A stretch of DNA of 64,000 nucleotides, taken from NCBI RefSeq assembly GCF_009914755.1, contig NC_060931.1; one strand, written 5' to 3'. Shown here piece by piece: positions 54,841-64,000 of the stretch. The position numbers and the translations under genes are program-made. This DNA is from the human T2T-CHM13v2.0 reference genome, Homo sapiens. The notes beneath the pieces were generated by a model. It was not told where the DNA came from. It saw only the letters and a list, made by a program, of their open reading frames with translations, and did not search any database. Each line of letters begins with the position of its first letter. Position 1 is the stretch's first letter.

Positions 54841-56151
54841 TTTTTATTATCTCTCCTCAGTTACAGACAGGAGATTTTTTTAAACAATTGTCCTCTTGTT
54901 GCCTGACTGTGTTTGTGGCAGTGAGTGAAAAGAGATCTTTTTTTTTTAACATTTAAATATCATGTATGTCACAAGCAAACCTTTCTGTATATTAAGGACA
55001 GAAATCAGAAGGTAAGTGTTTTTAAACTTGGAATGAGGTTTTTTTTGTTTTTTTTTTTTTTGGTTTTTATGTTAACAATTTCCAATGTACTTAGGAGTTT
55101 TAACATGGCTAATATTAGTTGGAACTGAGTGTCTGAGGAGGTTAGTGTTCTGCATAAACCCTGCTTTTAAAAAGCTCACACGAAGGGTCAAAGACCAGGA
55201 AATGCTCTCACTATAATTCTCATTTTCAGCTGAATTGGACATGGCAACAAGAATGCAGGCCTGAATCACATTATGTTCCAAGAACCTTTAACTTTGCATC
55301 ATAATGACCTGCGGCCTAACAGAAGCAAATTGCAAGTGGTTTCAAAAGGATAAACTCTAATTTATATTAAGCTAGTATTATAACTTAAGCAGCTCGTTTT
55401 GAAAGCAAAACTAAAAACCTCATCATTCATGTGATGGCCCCTAAATGCATCCTTTTTCATTTTACCTGTAAAATGCTCTGTGTTTGCTGACAGGTTAAAT
55501 GTATACTATACACAGAGAGCCAACATTTCTCTTTGTAACACTGCAGCAATCTTACTTTTAGCAGCATTCTTATTATTTTAAGCTGTCCCCATTGTCTTCT
55601 AAACACCATAATTAGAAGCTGAAAAGCTTACAGCAACCAAACCCAATAAGGTCTCATTATGAACAAAATATTCTACCGTGGCTCAACAAGTGACCCAATG
55701 TATTCCAACAAGATGAAGCCTTCAGCCTTCCTGCCCAATTATGGCATCAGGTATGTACGTTTTCCCTTTCAGTATTATTTAGCAACCCATTCAAGTTTGA
55801 GTTTCTCGGTCATAATTCTTTTCTCACTGGTCTCTTTCATTCTGTGCAGCTTTCATTTTCCTAGAGAGAAGAGTGGAAAAGAAAACCCGTCTGCTGGAAA
55901 GGGTTCAGAGTCTCTCTGATGGGTGGAGTGGTGTTTTGTAAATGAGTTGAATGAGAGAATCAGTGAGAAGAAAGCTAGAATAATTACACAGATTGACTAA
56001 AGAAAAAAGGGGAGGGGATGATTTTAGGACCAAAGAAATTCTTTTCCCCATCAGATCACTGACTTTTCCATTTGGATGCTTAGTGTCTTTTTCCCTTTGA
56101 CTCATCTTCTTGAACTCTGTGCAAATGCAAAGTCCTAAGAGAGACAGGATG

Positions 56152-56230
56152 TTAGGGTGGTGCAAAAGTAATTGCGGTTTTTGCAATTACTTTTAATGCC
56201 AAAACCGCAGTTACTTTTGCACCAACCTAA
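56152..56230. mobile_element. MADE1 (Hsmar1-derived MITE)
   Basis: TTAGGGTGGTGCAAAAGTAATTGCGGTTTTTGC...CAAAACCGCAGTTACTTTTGCACCAACCTAA, ~80-bp palindrome followed by TA. Confidence 0.95.
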
Positions 56231-56956
56231 TACATCAAGTATTATCAATCATTTACACCTGAGTATAAATGAACACTTTTACCCCTTTCTCATAGCAAAA
56301 GAAAGCAGAGGGCTAGAGGAGAAAATAAAAAAAAAAATTAGAAAATCTCTTCTGTTTTCGTGTTTTACCTGGGATTGTTGTGAATGTTAGTCCCTTGCTT
56401 CACCGTATTGTCATGTCTTTTTATGTTGACTTTAAACTTGGAAGTACTAGGTAAGGGAGAAATGAAATGTGTTTTGATATCCTATAGCTTTTTCAGAAAA
56501 TACTTTCCCAAAACCAAGTAGACACAAAGCTGCCTGGTTATGAAGTATTCTCATTTAAATCAAGCATGTGAAATGGGGAAATAAATCTTGGACTTTTTTC
56601 TTTATTTTATATTCTGCTAGTGAAACACTGAACTCTGAAAAATGGGCATGTCACGATTGCTTTTAATAAATCTACTTACCTGTCATATGTTTTCAAGGTT
56701 TCCTTACTGTTGCTAATTATCAAGCTGTATTTCTCTTATTTCTCTAAGCTTTAGGACACAATGAAGCATATCAATCAGCATGAATCTCAGAGAAGCTGCT
56801 TATCTCTTAGATACCATCTCAACTGTTATTAGACGCTGGGTCTCCCAAGCCATGACAGTCCCACTTCGCAACATTCCTTTTCCTTTCCTCACTTTTAGAC
56901 TGAGTCTAGATTCAGATTATCTTTTTCTTTTTCTCATCTTTGCCACCCAGTCTCCC

Positions 56957-56958
<2 letters not shown>

Positions 56959-56997
<39 letters not shown>
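56959..56997. repeat. (CA)n microsatellite
   Basis: Uninterrupted CA run seen directly. Confidence 0.95.
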
Positions 56998-56999
<2 letters not shown>

Positions 57000-57677
57000 C
57001 AAGTGCAGGCTGAACTTGCTTATGAAACTTGGGGATTGGTACTCATCAAATCAAAGAGAAAGTGACTTTCAGAGCTATTTTCCCTCCTATGGCCGCGTGG
57101 TTCAAAATTACAATTGAGAAGTGTCCCCCGTGTCAAGTAAGTCAGGAAGTGGGAAAAATGACCCATTGATTTTAAAACCTCTGGACAGAGCCTGGAATCT
57201 ACCTCCGTAGCAGACTCCCCAAGTGCTCTGTAAGTGCTTTAAACCAAAGAGTCTCTGACCTGGGGACCCTATTCTCTAAAGAAAGGAGCACTTATCCTGA
57301 AATAATCTAATTATTTAATCCTACATTCTCTCCCCAAAGACAGGCATGATATCCCTCCAACCTGGCATAGGGTCAGGGAAAGAATGCCTCTGCTGTTCTG
57401 TCTTTCCATGCCCACTTCTTCTGCACAGAGTTCCTGAGGCAGAGATCAGCGTAAGGACCTCGGGGGCTTCAGGGCGCCAGACAGCCTAGCTGACCCCGCG
57501 GGCACTGTCCTCCACTGGCTCACCGGGACAGATGGAAGGAGAGCCTTCATCCTTTGTAGGTAGACAGTAATGCTTAAGCTGATGCTACAAGGCTGTGCCC
57601 AAGACCTAACAGAGCAGTGAAGATGTAGCTTAAAGAACACAGTTTTGTCCGACCATAGGAAGGGACTGGCTAGTGGC

Positions 57678-58007
57678 TGAATAGACTGGATGTGGTCCCT
57701 CAAAATACGTACGTTAAAACCCAATCCCCAGTGGGATAGTATTTGGAGAGGGGCCTTCGGGAGAGGGTTGGCTCTTGAAAGATATTAGTACCCTTATAAA
57801 AGAAAAACCAGAGCTCCCTTGCCCCTTCTACCATGTAGGGCTACAGCAAGAAGACAGCTGTGAATCAGGAAGCAGGCCCTCACCTCACACCAAATCCGCC
57901 AGGGTCTTGATCTTGGACTTCCCACCTTCAGAACTGGAGAAATCTTGTTGTTTATAAGACACTTAGTTTACAGTGTTCTCTTATAGCAGCACAATTTGAG
58001 GAAGACG
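57678..58007 (+). mobile_element. MLT1A-like solo LTR
   Basis: GTCCCTCAAAATACGTACGTTAAAACCCAATCCCCAGTG..GATATTAGTACCCTTATAAAAGA..CTTGATCTTGGACTTCCC..TGTTGTTTATAAG..TTATAGCAGC. Confidence 0.85.
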
Positions 58008-58139
58008 TTGGCCAAAAGGACATGAGGCTTGGCAATCTCCTGGCTGGGGTGACCCAGGGAGCTGGACTGAGCTTGAGACCTGGGAACAACTGCAGAAACT
58101 ACGGTGGTATCACAGGTCAAAGTCTAAGAGGATTTCTGA

Positions 58140-58620
58140 TAGTTTAATTACCAACTCCATCTCCCTTCGTCTTTCCACCTCTCTTACAAACCACATCCAG
58201 TTGTTCACCAAGCCCAGTCGATATTCCTCCAAGATCTCTCAAATCTATCCTGTTTCCACCCACCCATCACACTGCTATTGTTTTAAGATCATCATTTATT
58301 GCTTCTTCTAACTTGGCCTTTCTGTCACAAGTCCTAACACAAATCAGATCATGATACTCCTCTGCATTTGTGTTTCCATGATAAAATCCACCTTTCAACA
58401 TCATTTGAATTTCAGTACAGCCTACCTTTTTAGTCTCAGGCTCACCAACCTCACATCTGCAGGCCTTCCTCAACTAGTTTCTAGAGCATGTTCTGTTAGG
58501 CTGCCTTGTCTTTGCACCTGCTGATCCTTTCTCTGGAAAACATTTCCCTCTCTGCCCACAGCCCCCAGTCACTTCTCTTTCCTGGATTGTGAGTGAGTAA
58601 GTGAATGAATGATCAAGTGA
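58140..58620 (+). mobile_element. L2 fragment
   Basis: CCACATCCAGTTGTTCACCAAG..ATCTCTCAAATCTATCC..ACAAATCAGATCATGATACTCCTCTG..GAATGAATGA. Confidence 0.6.
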
Positions 58621-59219
58621 GAGACAGTAAACAGCTGTGTCAAGAAAAACTAGTTGGTTTTACCCCTAGAACAAGATTGCATAAATAATAGATTTGCCTA
58701 GAAATAGAGAAACACTGATAATATTTACCTGTGAATATGTACTCCAGATTTACCTCATTGCTGTTGTACTAAAAAGGTGAAAGGATAAGAATGAAGAAAA
58801 CAAGGAGAGTAAAGCAGGAGCTAAAAACAGGCTCAGACTCTAAGAAAATGTTCTCCCTAATTTTCGTGCATTCTCTGTAGTGTTAAAGAAAAAAAGTGTT
58901 AATCAGTGAATTCAGATGAAAGGCCCAGATTTTTATTCCTACAGGCACATGAACCAATAGGCAATTACAGGACTCAAGGTGTGTACAGATTTTAAATATC
59001 TTTTCAAACTATTGAGCATACCCTGGTCCCCTCCTTTCTGTTCTTCCTAGGGCTTCGAGCCAAGAGATCTACTGGACTTTTTTCCAGTCCCAACATCATG
59101 TGATTCTGAAATCTACTCTAATTCAAAAGTTCAAAGTGCCTTTAAAATATTTTAATGCTGGGTTCAGCTGCCAAGGCCACCTGCCTCCAGGAGTTGCTAT
59201 TTTGAGAAGATTTCGTTGG

Positions 59220-60055
59220 TTCTAAACCATCTCGGCCATTTGTTCCCTCCATTCCACTGAGGCTGCTCCTATTGAGGTTTCAAAGCCCGCACTCTGCCAA
59301 AATCAGTGGCCTATTGTAAGTCTTTGTCTTATTTGGCCCACCAATAGCTTTTGACAGATGACAGTTCCCTCCTTCTTGAAACCCTTTCTTAGCCTCCTTC
59401 TTGGTTTCCTCTTCTTGGTTCCTCCTCATCTTCCCAACTCTTAACATTGGAGTGCCCTAGGCTCTGACTTATAATTTCTCCTCTTCATACTCCCTAAGTG
59501 CATCCTCCACTTTCATGGTATAAAGAATCTTTTTATTCCGATGACTCGCAAATTTATGTCTCAATTCCCAGTAAATATGCATGAGCCAGTTCACCTGGAT
59601 TCACAAGAGCAGATTGTACTCATTTCTTCTCAACTCTGTATTCAGTGACAGTGACTTCACAATTCAGCTATGGGAAAGTAATTACACCAAAGAAACTGGC
59701 AAATGCTACATACTGGGCCTCTTTCCCTCCCACTCCCAGAGAGCCAGTTGTTAAGCACTTACCAACACCACTTTTCCTGATCTCTCCCACTGAATTCCAG
59801 ATTTGTATATCCAAGTGCCTACTTGACAGCATCCTTTGGAGATATAACTTCACATGTCCAAAACTGAACTCGTGACCCCACCCTAGTCACACTCCCCAGC
59901 TTTTTCCTCTCAGAAAATGGCAATTCCATCTTTCTGGCTGCTCAGTTCAAAAATATAGGAGGTATCTTTGACTACTCTCTTCCTCTCATACCACATATTC
60001 AACCCATTAGCAAGTTCTGTTAGTTTTACCTTCAAAATACATTCAAGACCCTCAC
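59220..60055 (+). mobile_element. L2 split by an old hAT insert
   Basis: CATTCCACTGAGGCTGCTC..GCTTTTGACAG..TCCCTCCTTCTTGAAAC..GGAGTGCCCTAGGCTCTG..ATATCCAAGTGCCTACTTGACA..CATGTCCAAAACTGAACTC. Confidence 0.75.
59570..59772. mobile_element. OldhAT1-like DNA transposon fragment
   Basis: GAAACTGGCAAATGCTAC..GAGAGCCAGTTGTTAAGCACTTACCAACACCAC resembles recalled OldhAT1 end. Confidence 0.5.
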
Positions 60056-62339
60056 AGCACTTGCAAAAAGGACTCCTCAGGATGCATGGATTTAGATGCA
60101 TGTTACATGGCCTCTGCAGAAATCTAGAGGTGGGGGAGGGAAAGAGAAGCTGTGTCCCCTGAGAGATGTCACTAATCTAGTCAGAATTGCTTGCTCCTCT
60201 CTTCCCCTATGTTGCCTCCCTCCCAGGAGACTGACTTAACACTCAGGGCAGACAACCAGTCTTCTCTGCTTCACTTTATATCAGATTCTACTCATATACC
60301 CTCATATGTGCTTATTTCAAAAAGAAATTGACAGCATGGGTCATCTTTGGCCATATCTTTCCCTTCCACATACTTCAGGATCCACTTGGGAGGGTGTATT
60401 TGAATTATGTATATTTATCATTACTCGAAGCCCATGCATCATAAGGGAACAAGCCAAAATGGACTTCCTGTGAAGCTAATGAGCCTTCACTTTTCCAGGC
60501 TCGCATGAGCACTGTGGATAGCTGGGAGCCCTAGAGTGTTGTATGTGGAAAGGAAAAGCCACCTTTCCCTCGCAGGTCAAGGCCTCGCTTATTAAAGTTG
60601 AATTTGCTGTTTATATAATCTGTGAAAAAGTTTCCACATGCTCTATCTAAATATTTTTTTGAAATATTTAGGAGAGATGTTTTAAAGGCACTCAAGCCAT
60701 CTTCCTGATATCTGATGAAGTGAGTTTAATCCCGAGTTTATCTGGACCTTCCAAGTAGTTTCCACCATATTATTACATGTCTTGCATATATACCTGCTAC
60801 TTTGATAACTCCCAATCAAAGTAAATTTAAAGCAATAATAAAGCAACCGTTATCTCAGAATATATTAATGGCTCAAATAGAATTCCAGAAACATCAATAA
60901 CATCTGTTATATCATCTCTTAAAAAAGTTACCACTTCCCCCACCACCCACCTCTACTATTTTGGAAGGTTTGTTCTGTCTCCATCTACCCAGGAAAGGAC
61001 AAAGCAGGGTCCTTCAAACAGAGTACAGAAAAACCACACTAATAGCCTAAGAGAAGAATGTCCAAAAAAAGATATTCCAGCTTTCCATTTTTTACAATTC
61101 TAGTTGGCTAGCCTTTGAATGGTTGAAGTGCAGATGGGTCAACTCCCTTAAATGTCACTCACTATCCTGTCAATTACCAAGGACAAAACAAACAGATGGT
61201 TAAAGAATGGAGTAGGGTGGAGGGCAGATGGGGAGGGAAGCAGGACATGCTAGAAATAATTCTTGGTTTAGCAAGTTGTGTGTGCAGAACTCCGCTGGAA
61301 AAGTTTACAGAAATTATACTTTCAGAAAGACAGTAAGGTTGGACTACATCTTTAAAATAATTGTTCAAATAAATGGACTAGCACAGAGGAGAGGCCTATA
61401 TTGACTGTCCGTTTACCCAGAAGGGGGAGAAAAGTACAAAACAAGCTTTTCTTTAACTACAAAGGCAATCTTCTAATAGCAGCACTAACTCGCTCCAAAA
61501 TACAGGACTCAGAGGTTGATAATCATCTTTCAGTGCAGGTTATTGCATGCAATTTTTCACATTCATTCAACTTTCCTCATATAGCTCTTAGTAAAGTAAC
61601 TCCCCTAACAATAAAAGCTTTTATGGGGCCCATTACACTGGAGAGTTAACCACTCCCATTTTCTTCTTCATCTTCTTCTTTTTATTGGCTCCTTGGAATA
61701 TTTATAGCTGCCTTTGTTCTCACTGCAAACGCATACATCTGGCTGTGTGTGGCCATTTTTGTTGTTTTTGTTGTTGTTATTGGACATGAAATGGATAAGT
61801 GTGTGTATATATGTTTTGGTGCTTCATGTTTGCACGTGATTCTATTTTCATCATCTTGTCACTGCAGCTTCATTATTTAGCCCTGGAACGTTCACTCATG
61901 GACTCTCTCCGTTGTGCACTCCATGACATAAAACTTTCTACGCTACCATGTTACTTCCTGATAAACAGGTTCTCTGGTGGAGGGAGTCATTGAGAGTGAC
62001 TGTACATCAGAAAAAAAAGCCTGACTCCCCAGGCACAGAATGAACAGATTAAATTCCCTGGAAAAGAGTTTCACAGGAGCAGAGTTACATAAGCAGAGTG
62101 AGTAGAGTTTGGCCTGGATCAACAGGAAATCTTGTTTTACATCTCAGCCTACAAACACAGACATAGGATGCATGAGAAGTCCGTTTTTACTGCAACATTA
62201 AAGAACTGCAGCTAAGCATTACAGCATTGGCATCAAAATGTCCAGACTCACAAGAAGTAACTTGGCCTTGCCATCACAATCCCTCTTGCTAGTAAGCCCA
62301 TCCTCTTCTCTGAAAGATGAGAGAATGGTTGACATTTCT

Positions 62340-62851
<512 letters not shown>

Positions 62852-63449
62852 CTAGAATGTAAGCTCCATAAGAGTAAAGATTTGGTTTTGTTCACAGCTG
62901 TATCCCCAACACCTAGAATCTAGCAAGTGCCAAGATAAATGCTTGCTGTGCCAAATACTAGCAAGTGCCAAGATAAATATCTAGCAAGATAAATACTTGC
63001 TGAAGGAATTCCTCACCAGGTTAACCAAAGAATTTGTTTCTTAAAGGAACCAGAAAGAAGCATGTTTCCATATTAAGCATAAGGAAGCCACGTGTCTCCA
63101 TGGCTGTCTGGCTCCTGTGAAGCACTCCATCTATGGAGGATTTAGTCGAAACAACTTTGGAGGTGTTTCACCTCCCAATGTTGCTCCTAGATCAACAACT
63201 CACAAGCCCATCTGAGAAACAACACAGGTCATTCCCTAACTTACAAAAGTCCACTTCTCCTTTCTGCCAGCCTCCACCTCAACACATCTTCTACTTGTTA
63301 AATTCTAATTCACTCACAGGGGTCATTTCTCATGGCTGCTTGTCTGCTATGAGGCTCACTGAGGTTTTTGGCATAGAAGGCTATAAGCAGTTAAGATTCC
63401 CTTGTTTCCAATGCACTGTAGCCAATCTGAACATAAAACTATTGTGGTT

Positions 63450-63474
63450 TTGTTGTTGTTGTTGTTGTTGTTGT
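63450..63474. repeat. (TTG)n microsatellite
   Basis: About 8 TTG units seen directly. Confidence 0.9.
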
Positions 63475-64000
63475 TTTCTGAAAGAAATTTGTGTATCATA
63501 GATGTTGGCTTTGAATGCTGGAGTTTGCAAAGACATTTTTATACCCAGTTGCTCCTTGTTGTATAAATGTAGCAATATGCTAATATGGGTCTGTTTCAGA
63601 ATCAGGTTCAGCTGAAGCCCTGAAGGGACACAGCAGTAGGTAGCAAGGTGTGTATTATTTTATTAACCAGTAGTTTCATTCCCCTAGTGGTCCGTCCTTA
63701 GCTTCATGGTTACTTTAGACAACTTGATGAGCTAACCATAAACTTGCCTTCTTGGGTTCTTCTGTGTAGTGAGCCCGCAAAATGGAGCCCATGGTGGAAC
63801 CATAAGTGGCTCTGCTGATGATCAAGTGGGACGGAGTGCTGCAGTGTTGACTTAGCCTACCTCAAAGCTTGCTTTAATGCTGACTTAGCCTACCTCAGGG
63901 CTTGCTCTGTTACCTGGTACCCTCAGGAACTCCCTCCGACATATGTTGAGCAGGGTCAGACACAGTGGGTCATTTGGGCTCAGCATTATAGAAAAGGCCA

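Noticed and set aside
56674-56682. Perfect minus-strand donor CAG|GTAAGT
   Set aside because: No convincing paired acceptor identified; isolated donors are frequent

Overview
Primate (human-like) non-coding genomic DNA, AT-rich and dominated by interspersed repeats (Alu, L1, L2, MIR, THE1/MST/MLT1/LTR16 LTRs, DNA-transposon fossils). I cannot support any host protein-coding exon, RNA gene or CRISPR array; every recognisable ORF is transposon-derived. Repeat family names are from recalled consensus sequences, not a database search. Main structure: (1) a nested stack at ~3.5-8.6 kb, Ricksha(MuDR) > Tigger2 > MSTA > AluSc, plus a FAM, mostly with readable target-site duplications (TSDs); (2) a 48-bp, 46/48-identical inverted repeat (12780-12827 / 14428-14475) bracketing 1.6 kb of sequence I cannot assign to a known repeat; (3) a ~103-nt GC-rich hairpin at 15934-16036; (4) a 5'-intact, 3'-truncated, tail-less L1PA7/8-like copy with a perfect 15-bp TSD (16326-18455); (5) an L1PA3/4 on the minus strand whose 5'UTR intron was spliced out before integration (SpIRE 97/622 type, 46729-52376); (6) a repeat-free, CpG-enriched, TCF/SOX/homeobox/YY1-motif-rich block at ~39.2-40.9 kb that looks like a developmental enhancer or promoter; (7) several small template-switch-like palindromes and micro-duplications. 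The locus itself cannot be named from sequence alone.
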